From Rickettsiales bacterium (lineage in GTDB: Bacteria > Pseudomonadota > Alphaproteobacteria > Rs-D84), in NCBI GenBank assembly GCA_031256175.1, contig JAIRRC010000017.1, forward strand, positions 1 to 46,405: a stretch of DNA of 46,405 nt, given 5' to 3'. Both the position numbers and the translations under genes were made by a program. The notes below the pieces were generated by a model. The model searched no databases. It saw only the letters and a list, made by a program, of their open reading frames with translations, and was not told the origin of the DNA. Shown here piece after piece: positions 37,017 to 46,405 of the stretch; within the stretch, counting starts at the first letter, position 1, and each line of letters starts with the position of its first letter.

Positions 37017-37105
37017 AAACTTTCCTATGGAACCACATCGCATAAATTCCTAATATTGAATGAAGGGGGCATGTCGCAATAAAGCGGGAAGCCCGCGCAA
37101 AGGTG

Positions 37106-37224
37106 CGGCGCGTTCGTGTTCAACAACACGAATTCGCCCGCGTCGAATTGCGCGCAGAATTGCGCCAATAATTGCGCGAATAACGCGGCCGCCAATTCCG
37201 ATTTCCGGTCGTCGTTGCTTTCCT
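37106..37224 (+). repeat. DGR template repeat (TR)
   Basis: 119 bp colinear with the reverse complement of 39626-39744; 12 mismatches, all at TR adenines; 10 AAY codons in target frame; weaker homology continues ~13 bp (IMH*-like). Confidence 0.96.
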
Positions 37225-37460
37225 CTTCTGATACCTGCGTGTGCAAAGTTTCGCCAACCCGGGGGACGCGGCCGCGCGCCGCAAAGCCATAAACAGGGCT
37301 GGACATGCCGCCGTCTCGGGCCTTTGGCCTGGGAAAATACGATAACCGGGCGGGCCGGCAGGCGCTTTCTGCGCCCCCGGCCCTGAAAGTTTTCCATAGG
37401 ATAACTCTCCTGCTGAAATGTTCCGATTGAATTCCTAGAATGATGTAAAAGGAGCGAATC

Positions 37461-37760
37461 ATGCAGGAAGACATTCAGAATTTTTCGGACTTCGCCGACG
37501 TGCGCGCCGCGCTTGACGGCAAGAAGCGCCGCATAGAGGAAGTCCTTAATAAAACGATAATCGTGCGCGGCCAGAAAATCATTCCTTCGAAAACCAACGA
37601 CCAGACAATGTGCCTTCACCTTCAATTCGAAATGGACGGCGAGAAGTGCATCCTGTTCACCGGTTCGGCCGTTCTTATCGACCAGTGCAAAAAATACGCC
37701 GAGAAAATTCCCTTCCGCGCGACGATAAAGAAGATAGACAAGTATTTCACCTTCTCGTGA
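37461..37760 (+). CDS. DGR accessory protein (not recognisably Avd)
   Basis: 99 aa, RBS AAGGAG, between TR and RT; TGA overlaps RT ATG (TGATG). Confidence 0.8.
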   Translation: MQEDIQNFSDFADVRAALDGKKRRIEEVLNKTIIVRGQKIIPSKTNDQTMCLHLQFEMDGEKCILFTGSAVLIDQCKKYAEKIPFRATIKKIDKYFTFS

Positions 37761-38761
37761 TGACGGATTGGGAAAGATTCATCTCGGCCGAGAATTTCGC
37801 GCTGGCCCTGCGCAAGGCGGCGCAGGGGCGCCGCGCGAATCCCGGCGTCATGCGCTTCATGGAAAACGCCGCGGAAAATTTGGAGCGCATACGCGCGGAC
37901 GTCGCGGCCGGCAGATTCGCAACCTCGCCCTACCGCACGATGGAGGTCCGCGACCCGAAGCGCCGCACGATTTACATCCTTCCGTTCAATCCGGACCGCA
38001 TAGTCCACCACGCGGTCATGAACATCGTGGCGCCGGTTTGGGAAAGGATTTTCATCCGCGATTCCTACGCTTGCATAAAAGGCCGCGGCCAGCACCTTGC
38101 CAGCCGCCGCGCGATGGAGTTCGCGCGTAAAAACAAATACGTCCTTAAATGCGACATCAGGAAATTCTATCCAAGCATAAGGCACGACGCGATGTCCGAA
38201 GTCGCGGGAAGATTCGTGAAGGACCCCGGGATTCTGAAAATCTTGCGCGGTGTCATCTATTCGATTCCCGGCGGACGGAACATGCCGATTGGGAACCTTT
38301 GCAGCCAATGGATGGGTAACCTTTACCTGCACGATATGGACGTGTTCATAAAGCGGCGGCTTGGATGCAAATGCTACCTGCGATATTGCGACGATTTCTG
38401 TTTGTTCAGCGACGATAAACGGCAGCTGAAAGAATGGCGCGGCGAAATCGGAGATTTCATCCGCGACCGCCTGGACCTGGAATTTTCGAAGTCGGAAATT
38501 TTTCCGGTGAAAAGCGGATTGGACTTCGTCGGATACAGACATTTCCCGTCGTTCGTGATGATAAGGAAACGCACGGCGAAAAAGATGTGCGGGAATTTGC
38601 GGAGAATCGGCGCAATGAAGGAAATCCCCGCGCATAAGATGGAAAACCTGCGCGGCCAAGTCGCCGCCGCCTACGGCTGGATGAAACACGCGTGCACCTA
38701 TAACTTGCAGAAAAAGCTGCGCATGGGAAGATTGAAACGCATGACCGGGATTAAAGGATAA
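37760..38761 (+). CDS. DGR reverse transcriptase
   Basis: 333 aa; PKRR.I, DRIVHHA, KCDIRKFYPSI.H, MPIGNLCSQ (DGR-type SQ), YLRYCDDF, GLDFVGY; no maturase/endonuclease domain. Confidence 0.96.
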   Translation: MTDWERFISAENFALALRKAAQGRRANPGVMRFMENAAENLERIRADVAAGRFATSPYRTMEVRDPKRRTIYILPFNPDRIVHHAVMNIVAPVWERIFIRDSYACIKGRGQHLASRRAMEFARKNKYVLKCDIRKFYPSIRHDAMSEVAGRFVKDPGILKILRGVIYSIPGGRNMPIGNLCSQWMGNLYLHDMDVFIKRRLGCKCYLRYCDDFCLFSDDKRQLKEWRGEIGDFIRDRLDLEFSKSEIFPVKSGLDFVGYRHFPSFVMIRKRTAKKMCGNLRRIGAMKEIPAHKMENLRGQVAAAYGWMKHACTYNLQKKLRMGRLKRMTGIKG

Positions 38762-38764
38762 TAA

Positions 38765-38885
38765 TTGCCATCCCGGCTACCATTTGTCACCCCCGCTTCC
38801 CTTGTCATTCCCGCGAAGGTTCCACCTTACCCCATTGTCATTCCCGCTTCCCTTGTCATTCCCGCCTTCGCGGGAATGACAAATG
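38765..38885. repeat. Cluster of partial and complete GTCATTCCCGC REP units
   Basis: Repeated TTGTCATTCCCGC half-units ending in the full hairpin GTCATTCCCGCCTTCGCGGGAATGAC. Confidence 0.8.
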
Positions 38886-38915
38886 AAAAATCGTGGGAAC
38901 GTGCCCGCGCGCCTG

Positions 38916-39236
38916 CTATAAAAGGCTTCGCAGTTGTAAAACCTGGCGCAAAGCGTCGTTGATTCGCGTCTGCCATCCCGGCCCTGTGCTCTTGAAAGCG
39001 ACGACGATTTCCGGGTCGATACGCAGATTCAGCGCGGTCTTCTTGTTTTCCTTTACGGGCCGCCCCCTGCTGTATCGAACGGCTTTTTTTAGCATTTCCG
39101 GCACAGCCATCGGAATATCGGAAAAATCGATATCCTTGTCCTTTATTTTCTTGACGCGGCCCCAATCGGTCGAATCTTTCATCTTGGCGATTTGTTCTCT
39201 TGTATATATTTTTATCGTCATTTTAGTTTTCTCCAT
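38916..39236 (-). CDS. BrnA-family antitoxin
   Basis: TDW, IDFSDIP, RGRP, LRIDPEIV..FK..G.GWQTRIN.AL. Confidence 0.9.
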   Translation of the reverse strand: MEKTKMTIKIYTREQIAKMKDSTDWGRVKKIKDKDIDFSDIPMAVPEMLKKAVRYSRGRPVKENKKTALNLRIDPEIVVAFKSTGPGWQTRINDALRQVLQLRSLL

Positions 39237-39484
39237 TCTTTCTTGTGTGCGCGTCGCAATGATATTACGCGTATTGTATCATCGTGCTTTGGCGCATAAC
39301 ATAGGCATAAATACACTCCACCTACTTTTGCATAAGCTAAATGCCTTTCCTCGCCATAATCGAATCGGTCGTCTAAAATATCCGACATAGCGTCGGCTTC
39401 CATTATCTGCGACGCAAGTGCGAAATCCAGCCCATGTTTTTCGATGTTCGCCTTGCGTTTCTTTTCATCCCATTCGTATATCAC
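39218..39484 (-). CDS. BrnT-family toxin
   Basis: YEWDEKK..ANIEKHGLDF, DYGEER, IRVISLRRA. Confidence 0.92.
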   Translation of the reverse strand: MIYEWDEKKRKANIEKHGLDFALASQIMEADAMSDILDDRFDYGEERHLAYAKVGGVYLCLCYAPKHDDTIRVISLRRAHKKEWRKLK

Positions 39485-39505
39485 GCAATCCCTCTTTGTT
39501 TCTAT

Positions 39506-39536
39506 TTATTGTATCCACAATAATTATAAAAGTCAA
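39506..39536 (-). promoter_or_regulatory. brnTA promoter with overlapping palindromic operator
   Basis: TTGACT-17nt-TACAAT on minus strand; TTATTGT-N4-ACAATAA palindrome (39506-39523) overlaps the -10. Confidence 0.7.
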
Positions 39537-39556
39537 GCCCGAAAAAGGTAAAAAAA

Positions 39557-39578
39557 GTGTGGGGGCGTGCCCCCACAC
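39557..39578 (-). terminator. GC-rich hairpin downstream of VR (terminator and/or DGR target-recognition hairpin)
   Basis: GTGTGGGGGC-ac-GCCCCCACAC perfect inverted repeat followed by T7 on the minus strand, ~40 bp after the target stop. Confidence 0.75.
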
Positions 39579-39617
39579 CCCCCTCGTTCTCCGTTCTGCG
39601 AATTACGTAAACAGGAA

Positions 39618-41648
<2,031 letters not shown>

Positions 41649-41699
41649 ACCGGCGAAAGCCGGTATCCCGGCCGCCCGTAAGAATCTAGCAACACTTAG

Positions 41700-41737
<38 letters not shown>

Positions 41738-41802
41738 GTTTCCGCCATTTTTCATTCTCTTGTCATTCCCGCGAAGGCGGGAATCCCCTTTTGTTCCTGT
41801 CA

Positions 41803-42894
41803 TTATAACACATTTCGAAGAATATTCCTAACCGCTTCGTTGGGCGCACGCGCGGCGTCGGCCATCTTCTGCAAACGGGCGGGATTCTCGAACAATTCGG
41901 TTAAAACCCGCGAAAGCTGTTTGGGCGAAAAATCCTTCTGCTCGATGACGATTCCGCCGCCAAGCTTTTCGAAAGCGCGCGCGTTCGCCATCTGGTCGGG
42001 ATTGATGCCAAGCGGCACCAATACGGCGGGGCGGCCTACGACCATAAGCTCTGCGATGGTGCTGGCGCCGCTTCGCCCGATGACAATCGCGGCGTCGGTG
42101 ATTTCGCTGGCCATGTCGCGGAAGAAAGGCGCCAGGCGGTGCTTGATTCCGGCCGCGGCGTAAAATTTACCGACGCGGTGAACGCTTGCCTCGTCGACCT
42201 GTTGAACAACCATAAGATTCTTTTTAATCGCCGCGGGCAGCATGGAAATGGCTTCGGGCGCGACATCGCGCAATATGGCGGCGCCCAGCGACCCGCCCGT
42301 AATCAGAATCTGGTTTGAATTATTATAATCCGATGGTTTGAAATCGCTCCGCACCGGAAGCCCGGTAAGAACGACCTTCGCGTTTTTGGGAAGGCCGGTC
42401 GTGCCCGGGAACGAAGTCAGAATCTTGTCGGCGAATTTTGCGGACAGGGCGTTCGCGCGGCCTGCGGCCGCATTCTGCTCGTGCAGGAAAACCGGAATCC
42501 TCAGGATTTTTCCGGCCAGAACGGCTGGCACGGACGAATACCCGCCGAAAGCGATAATCCTGTCCGGCCGCGAGATTAGAAAGCGGAAAAACAAAGCCTT
42601 GGCGGAAAGCGCGATTTTCGAAAGCGCGACGATTTTTCCAATGGCGCTTCGGTTTCCGACGCCGGAAGCCCAAACGCGGACGACCTTCGCGCCGGCGGGC
42701 TTGTTCTTCATAACCAAATCGTATCCCCGCCCGTCGGTGGAAATTGTAATTATATCGTCACCCCGGCGAAGGCCGGGGCCCATTGTTTGCGAACTCGTCG
42801 GCGAAGCCGACTCATTCTTAACAATCGCCGCCGCGACGGCAAGCGCCGGAAATATATGCCCGCCCGTTCCGCCCGTCGCAATCCATATTTTCAT
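41803..42894 (-). CDS. murG: MurG glycosyltransferase
   Basis: GGTGGHIFPA, FGGY.S.P, HEQN, GGSLGA, RSGAST, DQ..NA. Confidence 0.96.
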   Translation of the reverse strand: MKIWIATGGTGGHIFPALAVAAAIVKNESASPTSSQTMGPGLRRGDDIITISTDGRGYDLVMKNKPAGAKVVRVWASGVGNRSAIGKIVALSKIALSAKALFFRFLISRPDRIIAFGGYSSVPAVLAGKILRIPVFLHEQNAAAGRANALSAKFADKILTSFPGTTGLPKNAKVVLTGLPVRSDFKPSDYNNSNQILITGGSLGAAILRDVAPEAISMLPAAIKKNLMVVQQVDEASVHRVGKFYAAAGIKHRLAPFFRDMASEITDAAIVIGRSGASTIAELMVVGRPAVLVPLGINPDQMANARAFEKLGGGIVIEQKDFSPKQLSRVLTELFENPARLQKMADAARAPNEAVRNILRNVL

Positions 42895-43991
42895 TTCTTC
42901 GCTCCTTTGTAAAATTTATATCCCCGAATCATCCCAAGCAAAATGCCGAATACCGCGCACATGGAAATGAACGCGCTTCCGCCATATGACACCAGCGGAA
43001 GTATCGTTCCCTTGGCGGGCGTCAAGTTCAGCGTCGTGCCGATGTTCAGCGCCAGGTGCATGGTGATAAGCGCGATGGTGCCGCCGCAAACCAGCTTTGT
43101 CGTCATGTCGGTCATGCCGCGCATAAGTTTCAGAATGCGGAACATCAGCCAGAAATAGATGGCCAGCAATCCTATGCCCAGGATAATCCCGCGGTCCTCG
43201 ACGAAAGCGGCGAAAACGAAATCGGTGTGGCTGTCGGGCAGGTCGGATTTGACATAGCTGCTGTTTCCGCGGCCGATGAATCCGCCGGACCGGATGGAGT
43301 CCAGCGCCTTGCTGATTTGATACCCGTCGCCGCCTGCGATTCGCTTTTGCAAATGCGGCATGAAGGCAAGCGCGCCCATGCCAAGCGCGGCGATTCCGCC
43401 GGCGCCCAATACCAGAATCTTCCATCCATAGCCCGCGAAAAAAAGCATTCCCCAAAACACCGCGGCGTATATAAGTGTCATGCCGAAATCCTTGCGGACA
43501 AGAATCGTAATCAATAACGGCGCGGCGATTGCTATATATAAAGGCCACCCGAACTTGTCCCATTTCGGCTTGCTTGCCAGAAACACCGCGGTCATAAGGA
43601 TGAAGAAAGGTTTAAGCAATTCGGATGGATGAACCTGGAATCCCGCAATCGAAAAGAACCTGCACGAGCCCTTGATGCAAGTGGGCGAAACAAGCGTCGC
43701 CAGAACCAAAGCGGCCGTAATCGCGCCCAGTATCGCGCCAAGCCATAAGATTTGTTTCCTGCTCAGGAACGAAAAGAAAAACAGCGCCGCGATTCCGGCA
43801 AGCATGGGCAGCATGGCCTTCCAGAAGAAGAACAGCGGCGGCTGTCCTATGCGCGAAGCGGCGTATCCGCCGGCGGCGACAAGCATATAGATTCCGACTC
43901 CGACAAGGATGAAAACCGCGGAAAGAATCTCGCGGTCGGTCTGGAAGAACCAGCGGGTAAGGAAGCTTGGGTCGCGGCGGCGGAAACGCAT
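42891..43991 (-). CDS. ftsW: Cell division protein FtsW
   Basis: PSE..K, DFG, GG..GRG, LPDSHTDFVF, PAKG..LP.VSYGGS; between mraY and murG; start ATG 43991. Confidence 0.92.
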   Translation of the reverse strand: MRFRRRDPSFLTRWFFQTDREILSAVFILVGVGIYMLVAAGGYAASRIGQPPLFFFWKAMLPMLAGIAALFFFSFLSRKQILWLGAILGAITAALVLATLVSPTCIKGSCRFFSIAGFQVHPSELLKPFFILMTAVFLASKPKWDKFGWPLYIAIAAPLLITILVRKDFGMTLIYAAVFWGMLFFAGYGWKILVLGAGGIAALGMGALAFMPHLQKRIAGGDGYQISKALDSIRSGGFIGRGNSSYVKSDLPDSHTDFVFAAFVEDRGIILGIGLLAIYFWLMFRILKLMRGMTDMTTKLVCGGTIALITMHLALNIGTTLNLTPAKGTILPLVSYGGSAFISMCAVFGILLGMIRGYKFYKGAKK

Positions 43992-43995
43992 GCGC

Positions 43996-45060
43996 TTATC
44001 CGCGCAGCAGCGCCAGCGCAAGACCGGCGCACAGAATGCTGACAATCCAGAACCGCGTGGCGACTTTCGATTCGGCCCAGCCGGAAAGCTCGAAATGGTG
44101 GTGAAGCGGCGCCATCTTGAACAGGCGCTTTCCGCCGGTCAGCTTGTAATAATAGATTTGCAGGAACGACGACATCAATATCGCGACCATCATAAGGGAA
44201 GCGACGCCCATGATGATTTCGCTCTTCATCAGCATGGCGGAAGTTCCAAGGAAACCGCCCAGCGCAAGGGAACCCGTGTCGCCCATGAAAATCTGGGCGG
44301 GCGCGGAATTGAACCAAAGGAACCCAAGCACGGCGCCGATTGCCGCGCCGAAAATCGGGAATAAAGCGGCGTTGTCTGGAAGGTAAGGCGCCATCATCAT
44401 GAAATCCATGCGGGTTATGGAAACCAGCGCGACCATCATGACGAACATGATTGTAAGGAAGATTTTGGAGAACATTCCGTCCAAACCATCTGTGATGTTC
44501 GAAGCGTTTGCGGTTCCCGCTATGACGAAATAAGCGAAAACGAAATAGAAAATGCCGAGCGGCAGTATGATTTGGAACGGCAGGAAAAGGCTGGTGGACG
44601 GAACATAAGCGGGCATGACGGAATCGATTGCGAACGCGAGGCCGACAGCAAGGAAACCTTCAATGATAAGACGCGCGCGGGCGGACAATCCGGAATAGGC
44701 GTTGGACTTTTTGACCTTGCCATAATCGTCTGCGAAACCGATTGCGCCGAACGCGAGCAAAGCCGCAAGCGCGATGTAAGGAATGGGATTCCCAAGGTCC
44801 ATAAACAGGAACGACGAAATCAGAATGGCGCCGATGATAAGAATACCGCCCATGGTTGGGGTGCCCGCCTTGGCCATATGGGCTTTCACGCCGTCGGTCC
44901 GAATGGGTTGTCCCTTGCCCTGCCATTTTCGCATCTTATTTATAAATCCATCCCCGGCGAATAACATAATCAAAAACGCGGCGCCGAAAGCTGCGATGAA
45001 TTGCATCATGCCGCTGTTAAGGAAATTGAAACCAATCTTCGCCATCATATCCGTAATCAT
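43996..45060 (-). CDS. mraY: Phospho-N-acetylmuramoyl-pentapeptide transferase
   Basis: KAGTPTMGG, DDY.K, N.TDGLDG, FMGDTGSL, MAPLHHHFE. Confidence 0.97.
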   Translation of the reverse strand: MITDMMAKIGFNFLNSGMMQFIAAFGAAFLIMLFAGDGFINKMRKWQGKGQPIRTDGVKAHMAKAGTPTMGGILIIGAILISSFLFMDLGNPIPYIALAALLAFGAIGFADDYGKVKKSNAYSGLSARARLIIEGFLAVGLAFAIDSVMPAYVPSTSLFLPFQIILPLGIFYFVFAYFVIAGTANASNITDGLDGMFSKIFLTIMFVMMVALVSITRMDFMMMAPYLPDNAALFPIFGAAIGAVLGFLWFNSAPAQIFMGDTGSLALGGFLGTSAMLMKSEIIMGVASLMMVAILMSSFLQIYYYKLTGGKRLFKMAPLHHHFELSGWAESKVATRFWIVSILCAGLALALLRG

Positions 45061-45078
45061 ATCACAACCCCTTCATGT

Positions 45079-45340
45079 GTCATGCCGACGAAGGTCGGCA
45101 TCTCAATTTGTATATATCCTTATAATACCACACTTTGACAAAAACTCCAACGTATTTTGTCATCCCCGGCCTAACCCTCATTGTCATCCCGGGCTTGCCT
45201 GCCCGCCGAAGCCTCGGCGAAGGCTGGGACCCGGGACCTCATCCACACTCGTCACCCCGTGGAAGCACGGGGTCCATTGTATAATAAACTATTTTCCATT
45301 GTCATGCCGACGAAGGTCGGCATCTCAATTTGTAAATATC
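45079..45340. repeat. REP mosaic bounded by 40-bp direct repeats
   Basis: GTCATGCCGACGAAGGTCGGCATCTCAATTTGTA(T/A)ATATC at 45079 and 45301; the core also occurs at 17588. Confidence 0.85.
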
Positions 45341-45348
45341 GTTATTAA

Positions 45349-46405
45349 TTACTGCGCGAGAATCCGCGTCGCGCCTGCGGCGGCGTCAAGCCGCTTTTCG
45401 TTGGCCACCTTGTCCTGCAAAGAGCTCTGCAACTTCGCCAAGCCCTGCACCATGGTCTGCGGATTGGTGCCGCATTTTTGCACATCTTCCTTTGGCGCGC
45501 TTGCGCGGTCCATAAGCACCTTGCACTTTTCAATCATCGCGGTGTCCGGGCGGGTGCCGCCGCTGACCTGCTGAATAAGCGTGCTCGTCTCGTTTATAAG
45601 GCATTCCAGGGAACTGACCCTGTCGCCGCCAAGACACATGGTATATCGGTCCATGGACGCGCCGCCCGCTTGTCCCGCGGCCTCGTCATGGGCGACCAAT
45701 ACAGCTTTTTGCACCATGGTGCGGATTTGCTTCGTTACGATTTCAAGCCTGTTGTATTGGGTATACATCTCGCGCGCGATGGCGCCCGCGCGGCGGGAAA
45801 TTGTGTCCTTGTCGACCGAGCCCGCACCCTCGAAACAAATGCCCTTGTCCTTCTTGGAAGTATCCGGCTCGCCGTTTATGTTGTTGGCATGCACCGGACA
45901 TAAAGTGAATAAGGAATTTATCCTGATATTATTGCCGGTATCCCTTTCGCAGCTTCCGTCGTTCGCAATACTCAGAATGCAAATAGTTTCCCTCTTTTTT
46001 TCCTCTGCGGCGCAGTAGCATTGGTTTTTCCGGTCGACGACGGACAGGGCGTCCTTTAATGGTTCTGCGTCGACGGCATCCGGGTTCGCGCGGCGGCGCC
46101 CGAAAACTCCGCCTTTGCTGGCCATGGTTGTGTCCTTGTCTGCGCAGCGAACTTCAAGCCCGTCCTTCCTCGGTCCGCCATCCGACTTGGAAAATTCCAT
46201 AAGGACTTCCTCGCCCGGGGGAAGAATCCTGGTGGGAATTCCTTTTTCGCCTTGTGTGAAAAGCCCCCATTGATGGCACCCGCCCGCGAACAGAAGATAA
46301 ACGTTGGACAGGTCGGCGCCCAAAGCCTCGCCCATGAACACCACGTCCTCGACTCGCGCGACGACTTCCTCGAATGGGTCGAAATACTTGTTGGCCTTTT
46401 CGCGG
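45349..46405 (-). CDS. Cys-containing hypothetical protein, 5' end outside window
   Basis: Long ORF that appears to run off the window edge; no recognisable family. Confidence 0.6.
   Translation of the reverse strand, partial: REKANKYFDPFEEVVARVEDVVFMGEALGADLSNVYLLFAGGCHQWGLFTQGEKGIPTRILPPGEEVLMEFSKSDGGPRKDGLEVRCADKDTTMASKGGVFGRRRANPDAVDAEPLKDALSVVDRKNQCYCAAEEKKRETICILSIANDGSCERDTGNNIRINSLFTLCPVHANNINGEPDTSKKDKGICFEGAGSVDKDTISRRAGAIAREMYTQYNRLEIVTKQIRTMVQKAVLVAHDEAAGQAGGASMDRYTMCLGGDRVSSLECLINETSTLIQQVSGGTRPDTAMIEKCKVLMDRASAPKEDVQKCGTNPQTMVQGLAKLQSSLQDKVANEKRLDAAAGATRILAQ

Noticed and set aside
37025..37625. ORFs over the TR region (37060-37386, 37025-37474, 37050-37625) and 39533-39797
   Set aside because: Shadow frames of TR/VR; their mutual similarity only reflects the TR-VR repeat
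37610..37759. N-terminal extension of the RT ORF in the six-frame track
   Set aside because: Overlaps the accessory gene; TGATG coupling at 37758-37762 gives the natural start
37760..38761. RT as group II intron or retron
   Set aside because: Short RT with SQ motif, no maturase/endonuclease domain, no retron VTG motif seen, and a clear A-specific TR/VR pair nearby
38765..38885. CRISPR array
   Set aside because: Irregular partial REP units without unique constant-length spacers; no cas genes

Overview
Chromosomal segment of a GC-rich alphaproteobacterium; the protein families suggest a host-associated, Rickettsiales-like lineage (inference). The housekeeping backbone is dnaB, pfkA, ppaC, frr-uppS-cdsA-rseP-bamA-proS, guaB, mraZ, tRNA-Pro, recF-ruvC-lspA-yidC and mraY-ftsW-murG. 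Three accessory systems stand out. (1) A complete diversity-generating retroelement (DGR) sits between yidC and murG. It has a 119-bp template repeat (TR, 37106-37224), a non-Avd-looking 99-aa accessory gene and an SQ/YCDD reverse transcriptase (RT). Beyond a BrnTA toxin-antitoxin pair, on the opposite strand, lies a collagen/fibre-like target gene. Its C-terminal variable repeat (VR, 39626-39744) differs from TR at 12 positions, all TR adenines. The diversified domain is a 6-Cys module rather than a recognisable C-type lectin or Ig fold, and the target's probable start codons are out of frame across a (CA)17 tract, which looks like a phase-variation switch in the OFF state. (2) A podovirus-like structural gene set (capsid, tail tube A/B, internal protein, portal, lysozyme) is scattered among host genes. 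Its terminase is split into two separately translated domain genes 4.8 kb apart, consistent with a domesticated or GTA-like particle system. (3) Several palindromic REP/RPE/MITE-like repeat families are dense across the window, many inserted in frame inside proteins.
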